Made by a program: the position numbers and the translations under genes. A DNA stretch of 64,000 bases from an uncultured Alphaproteobacteria bacterium (GTDB lineage: Bacteria; Pseudomonadota; Alphaproteobacteria; RF32; CAG-239): contig CALXTJ010000001.1 of the NCBI GenBank assembly GCA_944391375.1, positions 49,729-113,728 of the forward strand, in the 5' to 3' direction. Within the stretch, counting starts at the first letter, position 1. The number at the start of each line of letters is the position of its first letter. Under the pieces are notes generated by a model. The model saw only the letters and a program-made list of their open reading frames with translations. It had not been told where the DNA came from and ran no database searches. Below are positions 36,390 to 46,558 of this stretch, in pieces.

Positions 36390-36782
36390 ATGAACACGAT
36401 TAAAAATATTGAAAAAGAGCAGATTGCAAAGCTCACCGAAGGTAAAAACCTTCCGGATTTTAAAGCCGGCGATACCTTAAAAGTTCACACCAAAGTTAAA
36501 GAAGGTGATCGTGAGCGTATCCAAGTTTATGAGGGCGTTTGCATTGCCCGTAAAAATGACGGATTAAATTCTTCGTTTACGGTTCGTAAAATTTCTTTCG
36601 GTGAAGGTGTTGAAAGAGTATTTCCGCTTTATTCTCCGAATGTTGCCAAGATTGAAGTTTCGCGTATCGGTAAAATTCGCCGTGCCAAACTGTATTTCTT
36701 GCGTGCATTGCGTGGCCGTTCGGCTCGTATTGCCGATGATTTAACGGCAACTTCAAAAGCTGCTGACAATCAAGCCGAATAA
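36390..36782 (+). CDS. rplS: 50S ribosomal protein L19
   Basis: The L19 sequence is conserved and the gene follows trmD. Confidence 0.9.
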   Translation: MNTIKNIEKEQIAKLTEGKNLPDFKAGDTLKVHTKVKEGDRERIQVYEGVCIARKNDGLNSSFTVRKISFGEGVERVFPLYSPNVAKIEVSRIGKIRRAKLYFLRALRGRSARIADDLTATSKAADNQAE

Positions 36783-36803
36783 CGGAATTGATTTTATGCT
36801 ACA

Positions 36804-36838
36804 AAAAGCCTCGCTTTAAGCGAGGCTTTAGTTTTTTT
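36804..36838. terminator. Rho-independent terminator after rplS, bidirectional
   Basis: AAGCCTCGC-TTTAA-GCGAGGCTT, then TAGTTTTTTT. Confidence 0.65.
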
Positions 36839-36842
36839 AATA

Positions 36843-37334
36843 TTATTGTGCATTAGAAGGAGTGGCTTTGGGAACGGGCATATTGGCCTGAGCTCCGGGT
36901 CCGTCCACAGCCTGCATAATGGCTTTGTAATTTTGTTGCAATTCCTGCTGTTGTAATTCTAAATCGCGTTGTACCTGGTCAAATTCCGGCAATTCGTAAT
37001 CTTCTTCCGGTTCTCCGCTAAACGACATAACCATAATAAAGAGCATGCTGAATATAAAAGAAACCACAAACATCAAAAAGTGCCCGACAATAGTTTGCGA
37101 AGTTAATTTCCAGTCGGTTTCATCACGATTCGGAATAACCGTACGTTTAAAAAAGTAAACATATAATCCGGCAATCAGGAGCATTAAAAGATAGAGGTGA
37201 TAATTGGTATAAAAAGCGTGCAATTGCTCATCCGACATTGTTCCCATAGAAACAAAGCCCAGAATAATTCCAAGCAAGACCATCGGGTTAAAAATAAGAC
37301 CTGATCTAAATAATGCGGCAATACCTTTAAGCAT
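36843..37334 (-). CDS. Hypothetical inner-membrane protein (163 aa)
   Basis: Four hydrophobic segments and a Gln-rich C-terminus. Confidence 0.45.
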   Translation of the reverse strand: MLKGIAALFRSGLIFNPMVLLGIILGFVSMGTMSDEQLHAFYTNYHLYLLMLLIAGLYVYFFKRTVIPNRDETDWKLTSQTIVGHFLMFVVSFIFSMLFIMVMSFSGEPEEDYELPEFDQVQRDLELQQQELQQNYKAIMQAVDGPGAQANMPVPKATPSNAQ

Positions 37335-37405
37335 TTTTACCTCTTTAATTGTTTGTATTTAAGACAAGCATATAATATCGCTTTGAGGTAAATAAAGGTT
37401 TAAGC

Positions 37406-38752
37406 CTAACGATATTTTTCAATTTCGGTTACGATACGGTTGCTCAATTTGGTAACCAAATCGTTATCTTCGCCTTCAACTCTGACTTTAATCATCGGTT
37501 CGGTACCTGATTTTCTGACAATAACCGAGCCTTGATTTTCTATTTGGGCTTTAGCCTCGTCAATGGTCTTATTAACAATCGGCGAGTTAAAAGCAATATT
37601 AACTTCTTCAGGCGATTTAAATTTTAAGTTGGAAATTATGCAGGGGCATTTTTCAAAGAGAGGGAAAATTTCGCTCATTTTTTTGGAGCTTTTAATTAAG
37701 CCTAAGCTGATAATTAAGCCGGTCAAGAGGGCATCTCCGGTTTTGGCATAATCGGAAAGAACCATATGGCCGGATTCTTCGCCGCCCAAATTGGAGCCTA
37801 CTTCTTGCATTTTTTCAATAACATAGCGTTCACCTACGGCAGAACGAAAATAATCAATACCCAAAGTGTGTAAATATTTTTCCAAGCCTAAATTAGACCA
37901 AACGGTAGCCACCACGGCATTACCTTTAAGCAATTTTTCCTCCTTAAGATAGGTGGCTAAAAAGGCAATAATCTGGTCGCCGTCAATACGATTGCCGTTT
38001 TCATCACAGATGATGATTCTGTCACCGTCGCCGTCTACGGCAATACCGAGTTGAGCGGTCGTGTTTTTAACCACTTCCTGCATTTTTTCGGTATGTTGCG
38101 AGCCGCAGTCTTTGTTGATGTTATAACCATCAGGAGTATCAAATAAGGTAATAACTCCGGCTCCTAAATCTTTAAAAATTTGGGGCATAATTTTAGAAAA
38201 TGCACCGTTGGCACAATCCAGTACCACTCTTAAACCTTTTAAGGCATTAAAATTAGGAGCAATTTTGCGGGCATTATCCATATATTCGGGAATACTTTTA
38301 TCGTCTTCAAAAACGCGGCCGATGGCTTCTTTGGAGTGTTCAAAAGTAATATCGGAAGTTAAAAGTTTTTCAAGTTCGGCGGTTTGGGTATCGGAAAACT
38401 TATTACCTTGTCCGTCAACCAGTTTAATGCCGTTGTCGTAGTAAGGATTATGGGAGGCAGTAATCATAACGGCCATATCAACATCTAAATTATGTACCTG
38501 AGCGGTCAATAAAGGAGTAGGGACTACTCCCATTTTAATAACATCAACGCCCATGGAGGTAAATCCGGCGATAAGGGCCGATTCTAACATATCTCCTGAG
38601 ATTCTGGTATCTTTACCGATAGCGATGCGTTTTTTTTGAACTGCTGCCAAAGAGCTCAAAGACAAAGCCAAGCGGAAAGCAAATTCCGCCGTCATTGGAA
38701 AAACATTAGCCACGCCGCGTACGCCGTCTGTTCCGAAAAGTTTACCGGCCAT
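37406..38752 (-). CDS. glmM: Phosphoglucosamine mutase
   Basis: MAGKLFGTDGVRG… and an active-site region TASHNP. The start at 38752 has a GGAGG ribosome-binding site. Confidence 0.9.
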   Translation of the reverse strand: MAGKLFGTDGVRGVANVFPMTAEFAFRLALSLSSLAAVQKKRIAIGKDTRISGDMLESALIAGFTSMGVDVIKMGVVPTPLLTAQVHNLDVDMAVMITASHNPYYDNGIKLVDGQGNKFSDTQTAELEKLLTSDITFEHSKEAIGRVFEDDKSIPEYMDNARKIAPNFNALKGLRVVLDCANGAFSKIMPQIFKDLGAGVITLFDTPDGYNINKDCGSQHTEKMQEVVKNTTAQLGIAVDGDGDRIIICDENGNRIDGDQIIAFLATYLKEEKLLKGNAVVATVWSNLGLEKYLHTLGIDYFRSAVGERYVIEKMQEVGSNLGGEESGHMVLSDYAKTGDALLTGLIISLGLIKSSKKMSEIFPLFEKCPCIISNLKFKSPEEVNIAFNSPIVNKTIDEAKAQIENQGSVIVRKSGTEPMIKVRVEGEDNDLVTKLSNRIVTEIEKYR

Positions 38753-38831
38753 AATAACCTCCTTATAAAATAAATCACACTGCAAAGTTTAATCATAGTA
38801 GGATAAAACACAAGCATAAAAAACAAAATCG

Positions 38832-38866
38832 CACAAAAAAAGAGCTCTGCAAGCAGAGCTCTTTCA
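38832..38866 (-). terminator. Rho-independent terminator downstream of the OMP gene
   Basis: Perfect palindrome AAAGAGCTCTGC-AA-GCAGAGCTCTTT, with a T-run on the minus strand. Confidence 0.55.
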
Positions 38867-38883
38867 GATTGGCTAAACCAATT

Positions 38884-39477
38884 TTAGAACACATAGCGAA
38901 GACCGCCGTAGATTTCCTGAGCGGTAACATCGGCATTATGCAATCCGCCCATATCGTAGTAACGATAACCCACATCAACATTGAAGCGGTTGGTAACTTT
39001 CAAAGACAAACCGCCGCCGACTGACCAGGTAAAGTTCAACGGATCATAGTTGCCTTTGGTATCAACACCGGCAGCAAGATCGTCTACACGAGCAAAATCA
39101 AGCTGTGTCAGGCCGATACCGACACCGACATAAGGTGTCCACCAGTTATAGGGCATAAAGTCGTAGTAAGCATTTAACATATAAGAATAGGATTTAAATT
39201 CAGTTTTACCGAACTCTCTTTTGTGTTCGGTTTTATCACGCCAAACATACTCAAGTTCAGCTCTCCAGTGCTCATAGCGATAACCCAAAGCACCGCTGAT
39301 CATCAGTTTGTTATCATCTAAAGTGGTTCCTGAAAAAGCAAGACCTCCGTTAGAAACATCGTGTTGAGCAACGCCGGCCCGAATAGCACCGTAGAAGCCG
39401 TCACATTCGGCATGAGCCGGCATGGCAAAAGCGGCAACAACGGCAATAGCGGCAGTTGACATTAAAAATTTTCTCAT
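38884..39477 (-). CDS. Small outer-membrane beta-barrel protein (Omp25/OmpA-like beta-barrel family)
   Basis: A signal peptide (…AAFAMPAHA|E), alternating amphipathic strands, and a C-terminus …YGGLRYVF with a terminal Phe. Confidence 0.7.
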   Translation of the reverse strand: MRKFLMSTAAIAVVAAFAMPAHAECDGFYGAIRAGVAQHDVSNGGLAFSGTTLDDNKLMISGALGYRYEHWRAELEYVWRDKTEHKREFGKTEFKSYSYMLNAYYDFMPYNWWTPYVGVGIGLTQLDFARVDDLAAGVDTKGNYDPLNFTWSVGGGLSLKVTNRFNVDVGYRYYDMGGLHNADVTAQEIYGGLRYVF

Positions 39478-39595
39478 GAGAGTAACTCCTTATAAAAACA
39501 TAAAACTGGGTAAATGTTAGGAACAAATCCCTTAAAATATGTTTAATATTCCAAAAAATATTTGCTTTTATAACTAAATGTGTATAGCTTAAAAC

Positions 39596-39989
39596 ATGGG
39601 TGGTCGGATAGCCGCGTTGCGAAAAGTAAGATTCGTTAATGAGGAAAGTCCGGGCTTCATGGAAACAGGATACCGGATAACATCCGGCCGGAGCGATCCG
39701 AGGGAAAGTGCCACAGAAAATTACCGCTTGGCTATATGCCAGGTAAGGTTGAAAAGGCGAGGTAAGAGCTCACCGCTAAAGTAGCAATATTTTAGGCAAG
39801 GTAAACCCTATCCGATGTAAGACCAAATGAGGAGTATCAGATTTATCTGACGGAGCGTTTCCACTCTGTCCAGAGGTAGGTCGCACGAGCAAACCGGCAA
39901 CGGTTTGACAAGATGAATGGCTATCGCGGCAAACTTTATATTTTATAAAGCAATTGTCAGTACAGAACCCGGCTTACAGACCACCAACT
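39596..39989 (+). ncRNA. rnpB: RNase P RNA (bacterial type A)
   Basis: The universal GAGGAAAGTCCGGGCT motif lies at 39641-39656, GGTAAGGTTGAAAAGGCGAGGTAAGAGCTCACCG follows, and the conserved 3' ACAGAACCCGGCTTACAG is present. P1 pairs 5' GGTGGTCGG with the 3' CAGACCACC. Confidence 0.9.
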
Positions 39990-40009
39990 TTTTTATTAAG
40001 GAGGGCATT

Positions 40010-40870
40010 TTGCAAACCACGATAAGGACGGAAATAAGCATAAAAGGCATAGGATTACATTCCGGTTGCGATTCGGTATTAAATATCAAACCGGCACCGG
40101 TTAATAGCGGCATAGTGTTCAAACGCATTGATATTGCCGATTCGCCGTTAATACCCGCCACTTATGATAATGTTGTTGATACCCGCAATTGTACTTGTTT
40201 GGGCAAAAACGGAGTGTTAGTAAGTACAATAGAGCATTTAATGGCGGCTTTGTCGTTAAGCGGTATTGATAATGCTTTGATAGAGTGCAATAATCAGGAA
40301 TTGCCGATATTGGACGGCAGCGGTAAAGTATTTTTTGAAATTTTGCAAAAGGCTTCCAAGGTAAATCAAGAGCTATCAAGGAAGTATCTAAAAGTATTAA
40401 AACCGGTTAAATTTACCGACGATAAAGGCAATTTTGTAGAAGTTGCTCCTAATGACGGTAAAAACATGTATGTTAAGTTTGATATTGAATTTCCATCTCA
40501 TATTGTCGGACATCAAACTTTTGACGGCAAGATTAGTCCGGAGATTTTTGCCTCCGAGATAGCTCCGAGCCGTACATTTTGTGAAAAATATCAGATAGAG
40601 TATTTGCAGTCTTTGGGGCTGATTAAGGGCGGCAGTTTGGAAAATGCCGTAGTTTTGGACGATGAGGACATTTTAAATCCGGAAGGGTTTAGGGTTAAAA
40701 ACGAGTGTGTTAATCATAAAGTGCTGGATTTGTTGGGTGACATGTTTACTTCCGGCTACCATATTTTGGCAAATATTACCGCTTATAAGAGCGGACACTT
40801 CCATAACAATGAGGTACTAAAACTTTTATTTGCCGATAAGGATAATTACAAAATTGTTGATAAGGAATAA
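40010..40870 (+). CDS. lpxC: UDP-3-O-acyl-N-acetylglucosamine deacetylase
   Basis: …IKGIGLHSGCDSVLNIKPAPVNSGIVFKR… I prefer the TTG start at 40010, which has an AAGGAGGG ribosome-binding site. The track ORF start at 39917 would run back into rnpB. Confidence 0.85.
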   Translation: MQTTIRTEISIKGIGLHSGCDSVLNIKPAPVNSGIVFKRIDIADSPLIPATYDNVVDTRNCTCLGKNGVLVSTIEHLMAALSLSGIDNALIECNNQELPILDGSGKVFFEILQKASKVNQELSRKYLKVLKPVKFTDDKGNFVEVAPNDGKNMYVKFDIEFPSHIVGHQTFDGKISPEIFASEIAPSRTFCEKYQIEYLQSLGLIKGGSLENAVVLDDEDILNPEGFRVKNECVNHKVLDLLGDMFTSGYHILANITAYKSGHFHNNEVLKLLFADKDNYKIVDKE

Positions 40871-40874
40871 GATC

Positions 40875-41636
40875 ATGAAGAAGTTATTGGTTACTATCTT
40901 CGGACTATTGTTAGTATCATCTTGTGCCACAAAAGACGAAACGGTTGCCACAGATTTAACGGCCGAGGAATTATATCGTCAAGGGTATGAGTATTTGCAA
41001 AAAACATCGTATGCCAAAGCGGCGGAAAGCTTTGAAAAACTTGAAATAGAGCATCCTTATTCCAAGTGGGCGGTTAAGGCCAAGTTGATGGGAGGTTATG
41101 CTTATTACAAAAATGAACAGTACGATGATGCGATAATGAGTTTTGAGAGGTTTATCAAATTCCACCCCGGTAACAAGGATGTTGCCTATGCTTACTATAT
41201 GAAGGCCTTGTGTTATTATAATCAGATAAGTCCGGCGGATAAAGACCAGTCGGTAACCGAGCAAGCCAACACGGCGTTAAGACAGGTTATAATAATGTTT
41301 CCGGGCAGCGAATATGCCAAAGATGCGGCTCAAAAGCTTAACTTAACCAATGACCACAAAGCCGGACAGGAAATGGCAATCGGTAGATATTACCTTAAAA
41401 ACAAAAATTATCTGTCGGCGTTAAACAGGTTTAATACGGTGGTAAACAGTTACCAGACCACTCCGCAAATTGAAGAGGCATTATATCGCCAAGTTGAAAT
41501 TTATACCATTTTAGGGCTTGATAATCAGGCACTGAAGTCAGCCAAAGTTTTGGAACATAATTATCCTGAGAGTAATTGGAATAAAAAAGCCCAAAAGCTG
41601 GTTAATAAGATAGCTAAATCGGAGAATAAAAAGTAG
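40875..41636 (+). CDS. bamD: Outer membrane protein assembly factor BamD
   Basis: A lipoprotein signal (LLLVSSC|ATK) and TPR-like repeats. Confidence 0.8.
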   Translation: MKKLLVTIFGLLLVSSCATKDETVATDLTAEELYRQGYEYLQKTSYAKAAESFEKLEIEHPYSKWAVKAKLMGGYAYYKNEQYDDAIMSFERFIKFHPGNKDVAYAYYMKALCYYNQISPADKDQSVTEQANTALRQVIIMFPGSEYAKDAAQKLNLTNDHKAGQEMAIGRYYLKNKNYLSALNRFNTVVNSYQTTPQIEEALYRQVEIYTILGLDNQALKSAKVLEHNYPESNWNKKAQKLVNKIAKSENKK

Positions 41637-41639
41637 ATA

Positions 41640-43304
41640 ATGTTAAAGTCGCTTTCCATTCGCAATGTGGTTTTAATTGATAAACTGGACTTAGATTTTA
41701 CCTCCGGATTAAATGTTTTCAGCGGCGAAACCGGAGCCGGAAAATCTATTTTACTGGATTCTCTGGGTTTGATTTTAGGCAATCGGGCGGAAACGAGTTT
41801 AATCAGACAAGGTGCGGATAAATTGACGGTAAGCGGCAGTTTTGAAATTGCCGATAAAAATAATCCGTTTTTTAAGCTATGTGCCGAAAACGATTTGGAA
41901 ATTGATGATGAAATTATCATTAAGCGTTCATTAAGCACGGACGGCAAGGGAAAAATATTTTTAAATGACCAGCCGATAACCGCAAGGCTTTTAAAAGAAT
42001 TGGGAGCTTACTTGGTTGAAGTTCATGGTCAGTTTGATAATCAAGGATTATTAAATCCGGCCACCCACTTGCAGGTTTTGGATTCGTTCGGCGGTTATGA
42101 TGAAGAGCTTGAAACGACGGCCTCGGCATACCGTAAATATCAAGATTTAAGTAAAAAATTAAGTCAGGCACAAGCTGCTTTTAATGAGGCGGTAAAGGAG
42201 GAGGATAATCTTCGCCATTGGGTAGATGAGCTGGAAAAAGCCAAAGTTAAAAAAGGTGAGGAAGAAGAGCTTAACCGCAAACGAACGGAGTTAATGCATG
42301 CCGAAAAAATTATGGAAGGATTAAATACGGCGTATTCATCATTGCACGGCAGAGATATCGGTTCTTTAATACAAAAAGCTCAAGGAGCGTTATCTAAAAT
42401 AAACGGCTTGACGGGTGGTAAGTATGAAGAGATTGAAAAATCTTTGGATTCGGCATTGATTGAGTTGGATGAAGCGGTAAGTTTAATAGAACAGGCTTCG
42501 CAGGATATAAACATTACCTCCGGCGAGGCCGACAGCATAGAAGAAAGATTATTTGCACTTAAAGCATTATCCCGCAAGCACCAAGTCGGCATAGATGAGT
42601 TGCCGGAAGTATTGCTTAAATTTAAGGGAGAATTGGCGGCTCTGGATAAGGGCGGCGAAGATATTGCCGATTTACACAAAGCGGTAAATATCGCCCAAGA
42701 AGAATATTTCAAAGCGGCCGAAAGATTGAGCGAGTTGCGTAAAAAAGCGGCAAGTATTTTAGATAAAGCGGTTATGGGAGAATTAGCTCCGTTAAAAATG
42801 GAAAAAGCCAAGTTTGTAACCGAAATAAGTAGGGTAGAAGAAGGCGAATGGAGCGAAAGGGGCTTTGATAGGGTTTGCTTTACGGTTGCCACCAACTTAG
42901 GCTCACCGCAAGGAGCGTTAAACAAAATAGCCTCCGGCGGAGAGCTGGCTCGTTTTATGTTAGCCTTAAAAGTTAATTTAGCCCAAAAGAGCAGTGTTGA
43001 GACATTAGTTTTTGATGAAGTGGATTCGGGTATAGGCGGAGCCACGGCTCAAGCGGTGGGAGAGCGTCTGGCAAGATTGGCCAAAAAAGTGCAGGTTTTA
43101 TTAGTAACACACTCGCCGCAAGTTGCATCATTTAGCGACGAACATTTTAAGGTGTTAAAGCAAGCCGAAAATGGTACGACATTAACAAAAGTTTACAAGT
43201 TATCGGCGGCAGAAAAGAAGGAAGAGATTGCCCGTATGTTATCGGGAGAAAAAATAACCGATGCCGCCCGAGCCGCTGCCGAGGCCTTAATTGTAAACGG
43301 ATAA
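41640..43304 (+). CDS. recN: DNA repair protein RecN
   Basis: An N-terminal Walker A region (FSGETGAGKSILLDSLGL), a long coiled-coil middle, and a C-terminal LVFDEVDSGIGG. Confidence 0.9.
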   Translation: MLKSLSIRNVVLIDKLDLDFTSGLNVFSGETGAGKSILLDSLGLILGNRAETSLIRQGADKLTVSGSFEIADKNNPFFKLCAENDLEIDDEIIIKRSLSTDGKGKIFLNDQPITARLLKELGAYLVEVHGQFDNQGLLNPATHLQVLDSFGGYDEELETTASAYRKYQDLSKKLSQAQAAFNEAVKEEDNLRHWVDELEKAKVKKGEEEELNRKRTELMHAEKIMEGLNTAYSSLHGRDIGSLIQKAQGALSKINGLTGGKYEEIEKSLDSALIELDEAVSLIEQASQDINITSGEADSIEERLFALKALSRKHQVGIDELPEVLLKFKGELAALDKGGEDIADLHKAVNIAQEEYFKAAERLSELRKKAASILDKAVMGELAPLKMEKAKFVTEISRVEEGEWSERGFDRVCFTVATNLGSPQGALNKIASGGELARFMLALKVNLAQKSSVETLVFDEVDSGIGGATAQAVGERLARLAKKVQVLLVTHSPQVASFSDEHFKVLKQAENGTTLTKVYKLSAAEKKEEIARMLSGEKITDAARAAAEALIVNG

Positions 43305-43323
43305 GACTTATACTGATTTTAAT

Positions 43324-44262
43324 CTACTTATCAGCGAATTGTTCAATAATTGACAGTTGCCCAGATTCAATTAGTTTATTCATGTATTTTCTTTTCACTT
43401 CGTTAATAAAATCTTTTATAGCCTCAGGATGATTCTTTAAAAACCATTTTATATGATTTTCAATATAATTTAACCTTATAACATCATCATTTAGATCGTT
43501 AGGTATGCGTTTCATTCTTTCATCTATACTATCAAAACCTTTAAATGGCAAAGATAAACGTGTTTTTGCTATTTGTATATATTCTGGGTTTATATCAATA
43601 CCTATGGCTTTTCGGTTTGTTTGTTGGCAAACTCTTAAAAGAGTTCCGCTTCCAACAAAAGGATCTAGAATTATATCATTTTCATTTGAAGAAGTCAGTA
43701 CAATCCTTTCATAAAGACCTTCAGGCTTTTGAGTTGGGTGTAGCTGTCTGTTTTTATTACAGTAATGCATATGAGAAAATTCCCATACATTTCCCGGATT
43801 TGCCCCTCTCATATTATTGATAGAGCGATAAAATTTTTGAGGGACTCTAACAGCATCAATATTAAACACATATTTGGATTTATTTTTTGTAAAAAATAAA
43901 ATATCATCATGTCTTGGCGAGAAGCCTCTGGTCTTTCCAATGCCTTGGGTATAAAACCAGGTAATCCAAGAATTAAAATATAAACCTAATTCTTTTTCCA
44001 TAATTACATAAATATAAGATATATATTTCATTCCCATAAAAACATATATTGAGCCGTTTTTAGAAAGTATTCTGTAGGCTTCTCTAAGCCATTCCCTAGA
44101 AAACTGTATATACTCTTCAAAAGCCAAGCAATCTTGGTTATTCCCATAATCCTTATTTAGATTGTACGGAGGATCCGTTACAATTAAATTTATACTTTCT
44201 GTAGGAATTTTTTTCATTTCATCAATAGCGTTTCCACAAATTAATTTTAAGTTTTTATCCAT
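43324..44262 (-). CDS. Beta-class N4-cytosine or N6-adenine DNA methyltransferase
   Basis: Motif IV is IVTDPPYN near the N-terminus, motif I is DPFVGSGT near the C-terminus, and an HPTQKP motif is present. The gene lies in AT-rich DNA. Confidence 0.8.
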   Translation of the reverse strand: MDKNLKLICGNAIDEMKKIPTESINLIVTDPPYNLNKDYGNNQDCLAFEEYIQFSREWLREAYRILSKNGSIYVFMGMKYISYIYVIMEKELGLYFNSWITWFYTQGIGKTRGFSPRHDDILFFTKNKSKYVFNIDAVRVPQKFYRSINNMRGANPGNVWEFSHMHYCNKNRQLHPTQKPEGLYERIVLTSSNENDIILDPFVGSGTLLRVCQQTNRKAIGIDINPEYIQIAKTRLSLPFKGFDSIDERMKRIPNDLNDDVIRLNYIENHIKWFLKNHPEAIKDFINEVKRKYMNKLIESGQLSIIEQFADK

Positions 44263-45011
44263 TTATTTTTTTTTGCCTCTCTATAAAAATCTTCTATAGT
44301 TCTCCTTGAGGAATGAAGGTATTTTTTATCTAATAACTGACACATTTCCCAAGTGGTTCTGTACTGATAAGTTACATAATGTATATCTTTAATCTGGATT
44401 TGTCCTGTTCCTAAAGCAGGATTATAACTAATATCATTATCCCCAATATACTTTAGATCGTAGGCATTATAGCCTACAATTTCCATTACTCCATCCACTA
44501 ACCCTGAATTTTCATTACGTTCAGAATAGACTTTATGTTTTATTGATAATAAGATAAACATAAAATCAGGATCTTTTACATATGAAGTGCGAATACGAGA
44601 AAAAGAAGTTATATTAGGACCTCTACCGCTATTAGGTATATCATTAGCTGTAGCTTTAACATCTATATTTCCTGTCAAGACTCTATCATCTTTTCTGAAT
44701 TGTAAAATAATGTCTGCCATTCCTAAACGTTCTTGTGTTTCAACATTAATAAGAGCATAGATATTATCTTTTGAATCTCTTATACCAGAAAAAACCTCAC
44801 CAGCCCAAGCCTCTACCATAGGTCCAGCAATTTTATTTATATTTTCAAGAGGTAGTCCTAATTTTAAATTAGTGTTTATAACTATCTTATTGTCACGAGC
44901 ACTTTTTCTTTCATCTAAAATATGTATAATTTGCTTCACTACAAAGTCTGAATCCTCTTTGTATGAGGCAGACTCTTTGGGTATTTTAAAAATCATATCT
45001 TCATATTTCAT
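44247..45011 (-). CDS. Putative type II restriction endonuclease paired with the methyltransferase
   Basis: A 254-aa orphan ORF immediately upstream of the MTase, overlapping it by 16 nt. It shares the AT-rich composition and I recognise no family. Confidence 0.5.
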   Translation of the reverse strand: MKYEDMIFKIPKESASYKEDSDFVVKQIIHILDERKSARDNKIVINTNLKLGLPLENINKIAGPMVEAWAGEVFSGIRDSKDNIYALINVETQERLGMADIILQFRKDDRVLTGNIDVKATANDIPNSGRGPNITSFSRIRTSYVKDPDFMFILLSIKHKVYSERNENSGLVDGVMEIVGYNAYDLKYIGDNDISYNPALGTGQIQIKDIHYVTYQYRTTWEMCQLLDKKYLHSSRRTIEDFYREAKKNKWIKT

Positions 45012-45039
45012 AATATCAATCCTAATAACAAATTTTAGT

Positions 45040-45495
45040 CTACTCCAAGCCTTTGAGCTTGTTTTTAATATCTTCGGGGATGCGGATGGGACGCTTTTTG
45101 CTAAGGCTTACATAAACTACCTTAACATCAATTACCGCCAAAACTTCATCACCTCTTAAAATTTCCTGATGCATAACCGCCGAGGCTCCGCCGTCTTCGG
45201 TAAGCTCACAAGAAACGGTGAGCAAATCATCTAACTTGGCAGAAGCTTTATAATCAATTTCCAAATGCCGTACCACAAAGCCGCACATATCGCCTTCCAA
45301 AGCATTTTGTTGCGGAGCCGCTCCGATATAACGCAAAAATTCGGTTCGGGCTCTTTCGGCAAATTTTAAATAGTTGGCGTAGTAAACAATCCCGCCGGCG
45401 TCGGTATCTTCATAATATACCCGTGCCGGAAAAACAAAAACTTTACCGTACATGCTACCTTGCGGAGAAGTTATTTCAAAACTCATTTTCTTCAT
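45040..45495 (-). CDS. ybgC: Acyl-CoA thioesterase YbgC (hotdog fold)
   Basis: …[30 protein letters not shown]…. Confidence 0.8.
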   Translation of the reverse strand: MKKMSFEITSPQGSMYGKVFVFPARVYYEDTDAGGIVYYANYLKFAERARTEFLRYIGAAPQQNALEGDMCGFVVRHLEIDYKASAKLDDLLTVSCELTEDGGASAVMHQEILRGDEVLAVIDVKVVYVSLSKKRPIRIPEDIKNKLKGLE

Positions 45496-46555
45496 CCCTT
45501 TCTATGTTGGAAAGTAAATCAAACTGTTTGTTATCGGTTTTAATTTTGGGGTGTGCAATACCCATATATTGACATCCTAAATCAGAGATAATTCGGCCGC
45601 GGGGCGTGCGTTGAATAAAGCCCAGTTTTAATAAAAACGGTTCCACAACCTCTTCAATGGTATCGCGTTCCTCCGAAAGAGCGGCAGCTAAAGTATCGGC
45701 TCCGACCGGACCTCCGCCGTAATTTACGGCAATACATTTTAAGTACCGTCTGTCAAAAGCGTCCAGTCCATAGTTGTCAACATCCAAACGCCGCAAAGCG
45801 GTATCGGCAATTTTATTGTCAATTTCGCTGCCGCCGCTTACGGCTCCGAAATCGCGAACACGACGAAGCAATCTGCCGGCCACACGGGGCGTACCGCGAG
45901 AGCGTTTGGCAATTTCCAAAGCTCCGTTGTCGGAAATGGGCATACCCAGTAAAGCAGCTCCCCTTAACACAATCTTTTTAAGCTCCTCATGAGTGTAAAA
46001 ATCCAACCGCAAAGGAATGCCGAAACGTTCACGAAGCGGAGTTGAAAGCAAACCGGAACGGGTGGTGGCACCGACTAAGGTAAAGGGTTGCAAATCTATT
46101 CTGACCGAACGAGCCGAAGGACCTTCACCGATAATTAAGTCTAACTGAAAATCTTCCATGGCCGAATATAAAACTTCTTCAATGGCCGGATTTAAACGGT
46201 GAATTTCATCAATGAAGAGCACATCATTAGGCTCTAAGTTGGTTAAAATTGCCGCTAAATCGCCGGATTTGGTAATCATCGGTGCTGAGGTTGCTCTAAA
46301 GCCCACTCCCAACTCTTTGGCAATAATGGAGGCCAGGGTTGTTTTACCCAATCCCGGAGGGCCAAAAAGCAAAACATGGTCAAGAGCCTCGTGTCTTTGT
46401 TTGGCCGCTTCAATAAAAACTTTTAAGTTTTGGCATACGGCAGTTTGCCCCACAAAATCGGCTAAGCATTCCGGACGCGTATTAACCGGAGCATTGATAT
46501 TGTTTCTTTCATCTTCGGGTTGAGGATGCGGACTGACCAATCTTTCTTTTTCCAT
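45476..46555 (-). CDS. ruvB: Holliday junction branch migration ATPase RuvB
   Basis: Walker [15 protein letters not shown], plus sensor motifs. Confidence 0.95.
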   Translation of the reverse strand: MEKERLVSPHPQPEDERNNINAPVNTRPECLADFVGQTAVCQNLKVFIEAAKQRHEALDHVLLFGPPGLGKTTLASIIAKELGVGFRATSAPMITKSGDLAAILTNLEPNDVLFIDEIHRLNPAIEEVLYSAMEDFQLDLIIGEGPSARSVRIDLQPFTLVGATTRSGLLSTPLRERFGIPLRLDFYTHEELKKIVLRGAALLGMPISDNGALEIAKRSRGTPRVAGRLLRRVRDFGAVSGGSEIDNKIADTALRRLDVDNYGLDAFDRRYLKCIAVNYGGGPVGADTLAAALSEERDTIEEVVEPFLLKLGFIQRTPRGRIISDLGCQYMGIAHPKIKTDNKQFDLLSNIERDEENEF

Positions 46556-46558
46556 GGC

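Noticed and set aside
39596-39784. 62-aa ORF (39596..39784, +) and the N-terminal extension of the lpxC ORF (39917..40009)
   Set aside because: Both lie inside the RNase P RNA gene, whose GAGGAAAGTCCGGGCT and 3' ACAGAACCCGGCTTA hallmarks are present. The lpxC ORF has a better internal TTG start with a strong ribosome-binding site.
42380-43045. 221-aa antisense ORF inside recN
   Set aside because: It is embedded opposite a well-conserved RecN coding region and its composition is low-complexity, so it is most likely spurious.
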